A stretch of DNA of 64,000 nt. Source: Seison nebaliae. Taxonomy: Eukaryota. The position numbers and the translations under genes were made by a program. The stretch lies in assembly GCA_023231475.1 (NCBI GenBank), contig JALJEE010000562.1:1-64000 (forward strand), written 5' to 3'. Below the pieces are notes generated by a model that had not been told where the DNA came from, did no database searches, and saw nothing but the letters and a program-made list of their open reading frames with translations. Numbering within the stretch: the stretch's first letter is position 1; the number at the start of each line of letters is the position of its first letter. This document shows positions 1 to 12,537 of this stretch, in pieces.

Positions 1-1
1 T

Positions 2-181
2 ACATATTACACTCTTCCGAAGCCTACTCGGTTATTCAATGCAAGAGAACTGATAGAGCAATTCTCATTCGAGTACTTGGTTCCAATCAATCTTAAAAAT
101 CATATTCCAAGATGCCGTGAACTAATTTCCAACGACCAATGTCGTGACTATTTTAATATTTATTATTTTAAATCCCTATAG
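2..181 (+). CDS. Possible 3' end of an unidentified gene entering the window
   Basis: Frame open from base 2 (TYYTLPKPTRLFNARELIEQFSFEYLVPINLKNHIPRCRELISNDQCRDYF...) to TAG at 179-181. No homology recognised. Confidence 0.25.
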   Translation, partial: TYYTLPKPTRLFNARELIEQFSFEYLVPINLKNHIPRCRELISNDQCRDYFNIYYFKSL

Positions 182-310
182 TATCTAGGGAGATCTATAT
201 ATCTATATCTTCGGAGACCTATAGTATCTTTCTTCCAAAAATTGATAAAACGGAACTTATTTCCGAAGTTTCTCTTTCTTCCTAAAATTCATAAAACGGA
301 ACTTATTTCC
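175..310. repeat. Short direct repeats
   Basis: TCTTTCTTCC(A/T)AAAATT(G/C)ATAAAACGGAACTTATTTCC occurs twice (about 226-263 and 273-309). CCTATAGTATCT also occurs twice just upstream. Confidence 0.75.
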
Positions 311-1317
311 CACATTTTTTTCTCATTAATTATCTTTTCCGTATACAAAGAAATAGGACCTATGTTACCCGAGTAATAATTTATACATTAAGTTCTTTTT
401 CTTTATATTGAACGATTGAAAAACGGAAACATAAATTGTTGAATGAATGGTTTGAAACAAGTCTTTCCATATCTTATGCGTTCGACCAAAAGACACTTTT
501 GTTTATAATTCACCATAATTGCTTTATATATTTATAAATCGAACTGTGAGACGTCCAAGTGGTCGGGGACGATAAGAAGGAAAAAAATATACTGGAATAT
601 AATAAATCAGTGTTTTTATTGGAATTAATTAAAAGATGATGGATTAATGAATATTTGTAAGGTCGCTTGTTTTGATGGAAGAAATTGGCATTGGTTGAAT
701 TGACTAGACCAATGAATAGTAGAAAAGGAATATAAAATCAATTGAGTTTGACGAAACAGTTACTAATATAAGAAGATGAATGGATTAAATAAAATAGACT
801 CACGGATGCACATAGTATATGGAAAGTGCTTAATATAAATAGGTAGAGGAATGAATTAAATTTTGTCGGTTTTTTTTTCTTCATAAATCATATTCACGAA
901 ATGGAAAGATGTAGAATTAATTGTTGAGAAAAGAAGATGTTTCAGAATGTAAGAATTTATCTTCGGTTAGTATAATAATTGGAGAAAGATTGAAGGAGAT
1001 TTGAATTGAATAAAAGAACATGTTTTTGAGCGATATCACCGGAAATCCTGATTGGAATAAAATCGATAAATTTATAAGTTTTAATATTACATTGGATGGA
1101 AGCACATTTTTCATTTCTTCTTTCATATACATAAGCTAATACTTTTATGGCACTATAAGAAATGAGGCAGAAAACTGAAAGGAAAGTATAAGCAGAATAA
1201 ATGAGAAAGATATGAAAATATTTACGTTCAATGACAAAGAAGTATATTTATTTGAGTTTTTTTTTATAACTATTGACATCACGACACAAAGGTGAGTAGG
1301 AGACATATAAGAATGGT

Positions 1318-3612
1318 TCACTAAACGAAAATTGAGAATTGCTCACAAAGACCAAGAAGAAATCAAAGAACTAACCGTCATACTTCGATTGGTGGTTTCA
1401 ATGGGAAGGAGAAATGACGCTACTGCGGCCAATAAACCAACACATCCGTATAAGGAGATAGCGAAATTAACTGATGTTCTGAGGAGAACCTATTGACAAA
1501 TGAATATTTTCAAAACAGAAATGTGAAAAAAAACTTGGGCTACGAATGGTGTTAAAATTGCTCCAACTCGAGCCATACCTGAGCAAACGCCTAATCCGAC
1601 AGCTCTTGTAGTTGTGGGATATACTTCTGGTGTGTAGACATATGCTACTTGGAAAGCACCGGAAACGAAGGCTCTAGCAACAAATATGAAGAATGTCATC
1701 AATTGTCTAAAAAGGGAAATGAAATGTCGATTTGAGAGGATTATGTGACGGAAATGAACCTTGATGTGCAGATATTGACTAGAAATGTGAATATGGAGAA
1801 CAAAAGAAGTTCCAATGCCATTGTCTTTTTTCGTCCGATATATTCGACAATGAAAACGGTAATGAATAGACCCGGAAATTCCGCTAATGTCGTCCACAGA
1901 ACATCAATATAATCTTGTTTCGTTAAACATTTCAAGTAACATTGTTCACTTTTCTCCGAAATTTTCGCTATTTTAAATCTTAGAAGAAATTTAGATGAAT
2001 TGAATGGAAGAAACCTTCACAAGTTGAACGCATTTCAAATAATTCAGTTGTCATTAATATGATTCCATAATAAGCGAATGCATTAGCGAACCACAAGAAC
2101 CATAAGAGCAATGTTGTTCTTCGATTTTCCGGTTGTAACAGATCGGAAATTTGTCCGCGTTGTTGGTTATGTCTTGGAGCAATTAACTGACCTACTGGTA
2201 ATGTGGCTTTGTTTTCATTAGCCGCCCGTTGCAATGTAGCTTGTGCTTTATCTTGCGCTCCAATGGCTAATAGGAATCGGGGCGATTCTGGTAACCAAAC
2301 GCAAAATAAGGCAAATAACAATTCAGGTAAAGCGGAGAGACCGAGAAGCCATCTCCAACCTAATGTTGGCATAACAGCTAATGCGAGAAGTACTTCGAAA
2401 CATGCTCCGATTGCCCAAAATACTTCGACGAGTATGACGCATCTAGCACGATGTCTCGCAGGAAGAAATTCAGCATATAATGTAACAGATTGGGGACAGC
2501 CTCCAATGCCAACACCCACTAATCCTCTTAAGATTAATACCCAGATTAATGTTGGAGCGAAAGCACTCAACAGACCGTAATAGAATGTGAAGAGAGTAAA
2601 TAGAACTAATTCCTGATATGATGAAGCATTAACGATCGAAATTTTTAAAAGAAGAAAATTTTAAACTGTGCGACGTCCATACTTGTCACATATCTTCCCC
2701 CAAAATGATGAGCTGATCATCATTCCACAAAATACACACTATTAAATTGAAGAAGTATTATTGGGAGAAAGAGAGAATGTGAATCAAACTGTAGTAATTG
2801 CTGCTTTCTGCCAATCGCCAGTCATCCATTCGCAACTGAGAGCAGGTCCTAAAATACTCAGAATCATCATTTCCATCGCATCCGCCATCTGATATTAAGA
2901 AAAGAGTTATCTCATATGAGTTGTTGTCAGTTGGAAATAGTAACCCATGCTAAACCAGTTAACAAAGAGAGTTTGACTTGAAACATTCCAAATCCAATAT
3001 GATCAACAGCTTGATCCACCGTATAACGTGCTGGCTCCGCCCGAGCAGATGTATTGTCTAAAAATTTCAAATTTTTTAATTTCAAATTCAATAATAGTAA
3101 TTCCAATTGGAAGGATTATAGATAAAATTATTTATGTGATTTCTACACTTTCGTCCTCATAATCAGTTGAAAATAATAGAAATTATTTTTTTCTAATAAA
3201 AATTGACCTGAAATAATTGTTGAGTTTCAGTGAATTAAGTAGAAACGAATGAATGAATGAATGAATGAATGAACTGAAGAATGAGAAAAAAGAATAAATA
3301 AACGGTGGGGAAATGCCTAAATACCTGTTGAATCTGGGGGAGGATCGGATCCGACTCGATTTATTCTCCTTCTAACATCTATTCTATCCGATTGTTATAT
3401 TGTTCTATTTGATATGACTATTTGAAATAGATGAATGAACCTGGAGCTGGAACTGGGTCATTGTCGTTGTCCCCTGTATTTTGGAAAGATCTATACGGAA
3501 CGTCATCATCAGCATTGCCACTGTTATTATTGGTGTTGGCAGTCATGCTATCTTGGATACCGGTCATCAAATTGTTCATTTGCCGCCGAACATCCTTAAT
3601 GAGATTACTCAT
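1318..3612 (-). CDS. SVOP: Synaptic vesicle 2-related protein (SVOP-like MFS transporter), 9-10 exons
   Basis: Spliced translation gives [86 protein letters not shown] and LPIET. Introns: 3379-3440, 3058-3324, 2889-2944, 2739-2789, 2613-2666, 1968-2014, 1707-1759, 1490-1534 and probably 1321-1375. If the last intron is not spliced, the stop is at 1343-1345. Confidence 0.93.
3247..3272. repeat. (GAAT)n microsatellite in an SVOP intron
   Basis: Direct tandem GAAT units. Confidence 0.85.
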
Positions 3613-5047
3613 TTTTAATGTTGCCGGCTAGCTGTACTCGCTCACCACCACTTGAAGACGATCAAATAAAAAGAATAATCTGATGAATGAAAGACGATGA
3701 AAACGAAAAAATGTTAGTTTGATATTCAATTTCGTTAAGAAATTCGTTTTAATTCATTTCAATTCTCTCATTTTGGGGAGAACCGTCGACAAATATTTTC
3801 ATTTTTTTTCTTTAATTAATTCTCTCGCCTCCTATTCTCTCATGTAATTCCCAATCATCAAATTGTTCCATGTTCCAATGGAAGAAACGAATGAATAGAT
3901 GGCAGACAATCTGAATTGATTTCAACGATTTCTAACAATAGAAATTCATCGGAACAAATTTTCATTTGGAAAGATGATTAGTTGAATTTTGCATGAGAAC
4001 AAATTTTAAATAAATTCAATATAATATCGATTTTATGTTTAAGTAATCTTGTGCTAGTCCGAACAGTCCGAAGTGACGAAGGATGTCTCTTTGAATCTCC
4101 AACTCTTTTACGGTGACTTGTTTCTTCAACCGATTCTCCAAAAAAAGCATAATCGGATGATGAGAGTGTGGATGTATATGACCAGGAATGAAATGTTGCT
4201 CATGATCCTCCCAAGTGGAGATAAAATTAAGGAAATAAGTGTAAGAAAGGAGGAATATAAATTTCTCGAGATATAGAAATCTATTCGTTTAATAATTTCA
4301 ATATAGTCTAGTAAAGCAATGACTCTTTGGGTCGCCCTCTTGTTCCGTGCGACATAAATTGAAATATATATTCCTCTTCAACCAAATGTATAACATGAAT
4401 ATACATTTATTTTTTTTAAAGAATATTTCGTTCCCTACAAATTTATATGTGACGATTGTTCATCATTAAATCTATGACAACTACAAGACATGAACTAAAA
4501 ATATCTTTAAAAATATTTTATAGTTTCTCTTCCAATACGTCGAGTAAATTCCCTTTTATTCTTTATAGGAAACAACATTTTCTATTTTAGGAGATATATT
4601 ATTCTATGTACGTAATTCTATGTATATCTGCTGTAGTCGAATGAATGAAATGTCTATGTGTCCCCACCGATATGTGTGGTACCCCCAATATAGTTATTCT
4701 CTTAAATAGCAGTAGGATGTGTAGAACAATTTTCTTTCTCCATTCACACACACTATTCACTTATCGTGTATTATATTCTTTCGTTTCGTCATCTTTACCA
4801 CTCCATGACGTAAAGAGATAGAGAATATTGAAGAATTTGCATGAAAATATTTGAAGAAGAAAAGAATTGACAATAGAAACATAAAAAGAAACGGAAAATT
4901 TATCATTTTAATTTCACTCTTTTCCAAAAAAAGAACCTCTGAAAGTTCTCCCTTGAAAAAATTGGAAGAAAAAACTCGGAAATTTATTCACTGATTGTAC
5001 TAATCAATTCGCACTCTACTCCCAATAACCACTACTTTCATATCGTT

Positions 5048-7199
5048 TTAAATTATCAGCTTTCGTCGATCTTCCTCCGATTTTTGCCGTTTCAATTCTA
5101 CTGACTCATTGACTTTCTGGATGATTTTCTGTTTATCTATTTTCCCGTTTCCAATCATTCTGGGCAATTCCTTCCAACATTCCATTACTGACGGTTGCAT
5201 GTATGATGGTAGTTGTTTAGCTAAGAACCTCTTAATTTTCAGTTTCACATAATTCGAATCTTCATTTTCTTCAGTTATGCTAAAAATTAAATGAAGTGAC
5301 TTATATCGATTATCGAATTTTGATTTAATCGGAACAACACAACATTCGTGAACATATTTAATTTTCTTTGTAGTCGTTTCTATTTCAGACAATTCAACAC
5401 GAAATCCATTCAATTTAATTTGTTCATCTTTTCTTCCATAAAATTCCCATAATCCATTCTCTAATTGACACACGTCACCAGTATCATAAGACCACAAGTT
5501 ACATAAGCCTTTCTTTAGCCACTCATTTTTTGTTTGGATGTTGTTGAAGAAATTTTTTGAATTCTTCACATATCCATTCGACACACAATGTCCACTAATT
5601 ATCAAAGTTTTTTCGTCAATTTCTCCATTTTTCAGAGTTAATAAATTTCCTGGTGCTCCAATTCCAATTGGCATATTCTTGTCATTTGGTAATTTCGATG
5701 GATGTTTGTAATTATACAACGTTCCTAATGATGTCGTTTCACATGGACCATAACCATTGATAATTTCTGCAGATGATGAATTCTCCAAAAATCTGTTACA
5801 AATCGATAGAACTGGTCGTTCGCCACCAATAAAAACCTGAGAAGAAACATGAGACGAAAGAGAATTAGAAAGAAATTATTTTTAAATAAAAATTCGATGA
5901 ATAATATTTTTAATTTACAATTTGTTAGTTCATAATTATAGAAGTTATTTGGGAGAATGATAAAATAGAGAAATTGAAAACTTTCTCTTTTTTTCGAAGA
6001 ATGGTGAGAAAGAAATGATGGGAGAGATGATGGAAAGAATTTGAGAAGAAAATAAAACTTTTGTTAATGTTGAGAGGTAGGGAAGGAAAGACTCAACAAG
6101 AATATTGAACATTCCTACGATACAAATGAGAACAGTAATTTCATATCGATTAATTCGTTCAGCGATATGTTGAGGTTGCAAAAGATGACGACTAGAATGA
6201 GAAGAAGAAAAGAATGAGATTAATTCGACCATATAAATGAAAGAGTGGAAGGGAAGTTGGCTTAATAAGAATATTAACGAACCGGTTGATAATTATGAGT
6301 TTAGCTCCATTGAGTAATGCACCGAACAATTGATAAGTGTATGCGTCGAATGAGAGTGCAGTGATTTGTAAAATATTGTCATTCTCTTTCAAATTAATAC
6401 AATTTTCAGATAAATTTCTCAGGATCAATCCTCGATGATGTAAGAGAATACTTTTAGGCTTACCAGTACTTCCCGAAGTGGACAATATTAGACAAGTTTC
6501 CAAAGATGACAAATTTCTTGTTAAGTTCAACAATTTCGTTCTTTCCTCTTCCAATTCGAATTCATCACCATCATCATGGTCATCGTTCTGGGGGAATAAT
6601 TGATTAAGTGGAAATATTCCAATTTCATAAGATAATCGCGCGAGCAATTTCTCTAGATATCTCTTTCGATTATTATTCTCGTCACAAACAATCGTCAAAT
6701 GGAAATGTTCATTGAAGTTTCCATAAATATTCTCGATAATCCATCTATTCCTATCAACCGGCAGACGATCATCAATATAATAAAATAAATGATTATTACA
6801 CATAACAGACAATAAGAAAACGAATGTTTCGATTGATCGCTCCCCACAGAACAAGAAGATTTTCCGTTTTCCCTCATTTTCATCATGTTCGATTTGTAGT
6901 TTGTTCATTCGATGAATACAATGTAAGATTTCGTGCTCCAATCCATCAAAAGTAAGTTGATTAATGATATGTCCCTCATTCCTCAATCTCTCCACATTCC
7001 AATCCTCAACGAGAAATAAACGATCGCGAAATTTGGGAATGATACGTCGAAAAATGAATTGGGCGAGATGGAACGACACTGATCGATGATCATTCCCTAT
7101 CTGATGTTCGAGTGGTTGATAGTGTAAATCTAATTTCCTCAGTTCTTCATAAACATCATTCCCATCAAACATTTTCTTCGATTTCTTCTCCTTCTTCAT
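5048..7199 (-). CDS. Stand-alone NRPS-type amino acid adenylation enzyme (ANL superfamily), about 612 aa, 3 exons
   Basis: Core motifs in order: STSGSTGKPK (A3), LSFDAY (A4), FIGGE, NGYGPCETT (A5), YDTGD (A7), GRKDEQIKLNGFRVELSEIE (A8), LPSYMQP (A9), NGKIDK (A10). Introns 6192-6282 and 5837-6058 restore one frame (917+133+789 nt). No carrier or condensation domain seen. Confidence 0.9.
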
Positions 7200-7524
7200 T
7201 ACATCTCCTAATGTCTCGGTAAGTGTTTGAGAATTATTTCATCTGTTCAACAACATTCAAATTCAATTTTCATTTACTATTTCAACAAACTAATTTTTCA
7301 ATTAAGGAAACATTTATAAAACTTAAAATCTTCTTTCTCATACTCACAAGACAACTAAATAACTAAACTTAAAAAAAATAAGAATTTTAGCTAGTTCTCT
7401 TTTTTTTCTGTTGATTTTTCCATGGAATTTATTCGATAAAAATAAAAAGTGAAAATTTTTTTTTTCCCCACTCCAAAAAAATCAAATCCCCACGGCGCAG
7501 ATTAAGAAAGATATTTGAATTGAT

Positions 7525-9097
7525 CTAGTTCTTTGTTATTCGATAAGCGTGAAGAAGATTTATATCAATAATAAAATTTGAAGTATTTTCCCACAGTCGT
7601 TTCTTATATTCACTTCCATCTGTCGATTCCAATTCGTAGAAGGTTGATAAATTATAGATCAATTGAGAACAGAGATACATTCTCGGATCGTCTTTGATTG
7701 CATTCTCCAGTAAATGAATACCATCTGCCAATCGATGCATATACAACAGAGTTGTCGCTTTATTTGTTAAGGACTATAGGAAATGATTTGAAATGGAAAT
7801 GGATGAATCAAAGAGAATAAACTTCAATTTTCAGTTTATCTGAAATCGTTTCACTTTCTAGAACTTTTTCGAAGTTGTCAAGAGCTTCCGAATAATTTTG
7901 TCGAACGAATTCGAGACAACCTCTAAATGAATTTCAATGAATCGAATCGAAAACATGAGATAAACATGTTAAAATTGTATAAGTCTGGAAATTGAGTTTT
8001 GTCGATTTCCTCAAAAATTTTCTGCGCTTCATTTGGAAGATTCATGGATAGAAGGAATCTTCCTAAAATTAATGTGACTGATTCGATTGAATATATTTCC
8101 ATTTTTTTAACTTCAATTATTAAATTGATCGCATCTTCGATCATCTGAAAAAGAAAGTTATTGTTAAAGTTAAAACGATAATAAATAAACTTCTTTCTCC
8201 ATATAAATATTCGCCAACAACAAACAAGTTCTCGCTTTCCGTTTCTTCCAACATTCTTTCTTAGACATGAATGAAATTAGAGAGAAAAAAATTGAAACCT
8301 TTCACAGATAAAAGTTCATTAAATTTCTTTTCGTTTTCACTCTCAATTTCAGTCTTCGATTGAGTGATGGATTCAATTGATCTTTCAATAACATTCAATA
8401 ATTTTGAACAGATATCGATCAATCGATAAAATTTCGTGATACTTCTCGCCATTTTACCTTTGTAAGAATTGGAGGAACGATATGCCGCTTCAATAGATAT
8501 CAATCGGAGATCATAAGGAATCATACAACCATTTGAATTGAGATATTGTTCTCCATAATGTCGATAATAGAAGAATGGACATTGGAATTCACCAAAACTT
8601 CTCAATTCCTGATCGATTTCATGATACATTCTCCTCTTCATCATTATCGATACGCGAATCAACCAAATTTGAAAGGAATAAGCAGTGAAAATGGGCGCCT
8701 CATATACTTCATGAGATGATTCCGTTGAGTCATGATGATGTGCGGATAAGATGGCGGTAGTCAGATTGAATGCTTTCCTCAACGCTCCACATTTTATTAA
8801 ATTTTGTAATTCGACTGTCGACATTTCTTTCTTGTCGTTTGAAGGCAAATGATTTATTCGATTTCGTTCATCAATTTCCATATCAATCGATTGATTTAAA
8901 TCATATCTCTTCCCATTAATCGTCAAATCATCAGTTAATTCCTTCTTGATGAGAATGGGACGAACAGAGGAAAATATCGATCTTCTCTTCTTTCCATTGC
9001 GGGTGGATGAATATCGATTTATTTCCAATTTATTTCCCGAATTTAAATAATCATTCAACTCTTTCGAAATACACCAACTGTCTTTACTGATTTCCAT
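7525..9097 (-). CDS. TRAPPC12: Trafficking protein particle complex subunit 12 (TTC15), TPR protein, 5 exons
   Basis: LQNLIKCGALRKAFNLT...SFQIWLIRVSIMMK...ELRSFGEFQCPFFYYRHY...GCMIPYDLRL and C-terminal YNLSTFYELES resemble TRAPPC12. Introns at about 8256-8298, 8145-8190, 7923-7965 and 7774-7822. Start codon uncertain. Confidence 0.82.
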
Positions 9098-9297
9098 TCG
9101 CTTCGTCAGTAAAATATCAGATGGTTATTAATTGGATGACAATTAATAAATGAGAATTGATCGAAAAATAATTTTTTTTAAAATTTTGAACAAAAACTTA
9201 AAGTTTGAAAATGTTCGAATTTCAATTTCTTTTTTATAATTTCAAACATTTTTCGTTGGAATTAAATTGGCGATCTATCGTAATTTTTCGGAATTCC

Positions 9298-9310
9298 GTT
9301 GTTAGGAAAC
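9298..9310. promoter_or_regulatory. RFX X-box-like motif in the divergent TRAPPC12/TCHP promoter
   Basis: GTTGTTAGGAAAC (reverse complement GTTTCCTAACAAC), about 150 bp upstream of the trichoplein ATG. Confidence 0.55.
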
Positions 9311-9463
9311 GGAGAAGAATGGAATAATTGTTCTTTAAAGAAATTAAAATAAATTTTTTCCAATTCCGTTCTTTCTCATCTGTGCATTTTCGTACAGTTG
9401 AATTATCAAGGGGGAAAAAACTTAAAGTTGTTGTTGGAATTCAATCTTTAACTTTCGTTAAAG

Positions 9464-11135
9464 ATGGCGTTTCCCACACTACCATCCTACCGAGAATTGT
9501 GTCATATACATTCATCTCATCAAGCACTTGCCAGAAAGCAAGATGTTTTAATAAGGAAAAAGTTTTTATTTCTGTATGAAATTCGTTTGAAATTTTAATG
9601 ATTGTTCAGAGAAGAATTGAAAGAGAATGCGAAATTCTTTCGAAAATCTAATAATATTTCCAGATTAAACGAACGATGGACATCTGATAATATATTTAAT
9701 TCGAGGTAATTTTTTCATTGACGATTATTGTTCATGATGATGTTAAAGTATTAATTCATATAATCGACAGTTTGTTGACGATAAAAAGAAAGAAAAGATT
9801 GAGGAAAGAAGATTAAAATTAACTGAATTGTACAGTGAAGAAATGAAGGAATATGAGGTTAACTTGAACAATGTTTATAATTGTGTAGAATATTTATTTG
9901 TTGTATTTGTTGTGTAGGCACAATTACTTACTGTTCCCGATGAATTACGTCCTCATCGATTGAAACATCGTGTGGAACAGATGAAGAGAATAAAAGAAGA
10001 AAAACGACAAATGGATGTGGAAGAGCGATTAGAACGAGCTAAACGAGAAGTTGATGCTGAATATCGTGCTAGACAACAATCAGATGAAAGGAAACGTTTG
10101 GTGAAAGAATGGAATGAACAATGTCGTTCCAGAGAACAAAATGAACAGAAGGAGAAAACAGTTGAAATGAATGAAGAGAAAAAATTGTTAGAAAAAGATC
10201 GAAAGTTGAAAGAAGAAGAAGATCGACAAAAGAAAGAAAAACATTTAAGAAAAAATGAAGAATTGAAGAGACAATTGGAAGACGAACGTTTTCGACAACG
10301 TGAAAGAGAAGAACGGAAAGTAATGTTTTTGAAAGAAGAAGCTAAACTGAGAGAAGAATCGAGACAATTAGAAGTACTGGAATCCCAACAGAAATTTGAG
10401 GAACAGCGTCGGAAACAAAGTGAATATGCTTCTCAATTGAAACGACATCATTTAGCACGACTGAGACGGAACGCTTTAGAAGTGGAAAGACAATTAGAAT
10501 CTGATTTGAGTTTCCTTCAACAATTATCCGATATGGAATTGAGAGAGAATGAACGATTGAGAGAGAAGAAGAAAAACGAACGTCAATTGTTAGTTCATGC
10601 GAGAGAAGTGCTCATTGCACAACGACATGAAGAGAAATTACGTTTAGCTGAAATTGATGCAATGCATCAACATGAGGCGGAAAAGGAATGGGAAAAACGG
10701 GAAGCAATATGGAATAAAGAACGTGAAGCACGTGAGAGATTATTGCAGAATGTTCTAATGGAAAGACAAGAACAAATTAACAATAAATTGAAATTGATAA
10801 ATGAGAATATCGGTCAATCATCATCATCATCATTAAATAATGAAGATCAGCAATTCGAAATGAATCAACAACAACAACAGCAACAACAACAATATTATTA
10901 TAATAATAATAATAAAATGAATAATAAGTATTATCATCAAAATAATAATATGAATAATAATAATAATAATAATTTGTCATTAGAGAAACGTGATTCATTT
11001 CATTCATATAGAAGTGATGCAGAAACAGAATCCTCATTCAAAAGTGCACGGCAGAATAAACATTTAGATATAAGCAATTTCTCATCAACATTGACTACTC
11101 CACGATATGGACGACGGAAAGTAGTTTGGGATTAA
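9464..11135 (+). CDS. TCHP: Trichoplein keratin filament-binding protein (TPH coiled-coil), 4 exons
   Basis: N-terminus MAFPTLPSY matches the trichoplein MALPTLPSY signature. Long E/R/K coiled-coil with EAEKEWEKREAIWNKEREARERLL. C-terminus PRYGRRKVVWD. Introns 9562-9609, 9706-9748 and 9858-9917. Poly-Q/N insert near the C-terminus. Confidence 0.88.
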
Positions 11136-11622
11136 CGTTGGATCAAAAGCTCCAATTCAAATGATAATCTCTCAATAGATTCTTTTTCAAATAACTTTTA
11201 TTTTTGATGTTTCATAAATTCTGTTTCACTCTTACTATTTTCATTACTTATAAATTTCTAATCAGATATTTCTTTCTTTAACCTTATAAAAACCTTATAC
11301 ACATTTCATTCTCTTTTATCGGAAAAGTTATCATTCGTCGTCTTTTCTTGATGATTCGTTCATGTATCTTCTTTCAAAAACATTCGTACATGTCGGCTGA
11401 TGTGATGTCTGATGGAATGATAATTTGTCAACGATAATATCGTCATTCCTTATCATAATTCCGTTATCTTATCTTCAATTTTCATAGAAATGTTGAATGA
11501 TTTGTTGGAACAGAAATCGAATAAAACAAAAACAACAACAGTAGCATCTTGAGTGAAAAATCGATTTTATACTGAGAAATTATAGGGAATTACAATAAAG
11601 ATAGATACTGATTTTATTCTCA

Positions 11623-12537
11623 ATGAAATTTCAATATTATCAATTAAAATTTTATTTATTCTATTCATTTATTTATTTGAATGAATTGATTGTGGGAAGG
11701 GGCACAAATCGAATTATTGGTGGTTCGATTGCCCGACCGAATTTACCATATTCGATTGTCATCTATCGAATATATCATTCACAAGGACTACCATCAATTA
11801 CAACGCCGATATGTTCCGGTAATTTAATTTCAACCCGATTGATACTTACCGCTCTCCATTGCGTCCTGTTGAAGGAGGAAGTGATAAATTTGGATGATTT
11901 GTTTGTGGTTGGCGGACAGCAAATTATGAATCGATTTCAATCGAATCAAATACAAATTCGATATATTCATCGAATAATTCCACATCCTCTCAAAAGTTTT
12001 CATTTTTTTCTCATTTCTATTCAAAAAAAAACAATTTCATCAGAGAAAAATAATTTAGATTATGATTTAGCCATTCTAGTAACAAAAAAGGAATTTCAAT
12101 TAAATCCTTTCGTCGATATCATTCAATTGTCGAGCATCAATGAATCACCAACAAATATTGAATGTTTCACTTCTGGATTTGGCGTATTCAATACTCATTT
12201 CTACTATCGTTATTCATCAATCATTCAACAGTTACAAGTGGAAATTGTCGACTATATTCATTGTAAGAATGAAATGAGATTAACAACATCCACCAATTTC
12301 TGTACGAGAACAACCACAAATAATATTGGGGAATGTAACGGAGATTCAGGAGGTGGTATCATTTGCAGGAAATTAAATGGCTATTCGACAAACTCCCAAC
12401 ACAAACTAGATAATTTTCAATTATATGGAATTGATTCTTGGCAATTAAGTTGTTTGAAAAATAAAACATTTACTGTTTATCAAAGTGTAGCAGCTAATCG
12501 ACTTTGGATTGATGGAATGATAGGAAATTTCAATTAA
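11623..12537 (+). CDS. Secreted S1 (chymotrypsin-fold) serine protease
   Basis: Hydrophobic leader, activation site R|IIGG, catalytic TALHC, DLAIL and GDSGG. Probable in-frame 48-nt intron at 11996-12043. Confidence 0.88.
   Translation: MKFQYYQLKFYLFYSFIYLNELIVGRGTNRIIGGSIARPNLPYSIVIYRIYHSQGLPSITTPICSGNLISTRLILTALHCVLLKEEVINLDDLFVVGGQQIMNRFQSNQIQIRYIHRIIPHPLKSFHFFLISIQKKTISSEKNNLDYDLAILVTKKEFQLNPFVDIIQLSSINESPTNIECFTSGFGVFNTHFYYRYSSIIQQLQVEIVDYIHCKNEMRLTTSTNFCTRTTTNNIGECNGDSGGGIICRKLNGYSTNSQHKLDNFQLYGIDSWQLSCLKNKTFTVYQSVAANRLWIDGMIGNFN

Noticed and set aside
917..1132. 71-aa ORF with FQSGF, weakly RT-like
   Set aside because: A single short motif with no supporting blocks.
2203..2580. 125-aa plus-strand ORF (also 3431-3631)
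   Set aside because: Antisense shadows of SVOP exons.
4073..4276. 67-aa ORF between SVOP and the adenylation gene, considered as a possible carrier protein
   Set aside because: No GG(D/H)S motif, non-ATG start and no recognisable homology.
5048..7199. Bacterial contamination or a frameshifted pseudogene as the source of the split adenylation ORFs
   Set aside because: The breaks are explained by two GT..AG introns of the host type that restore the frame. Flanking genes are animal-like and base composition is similar.
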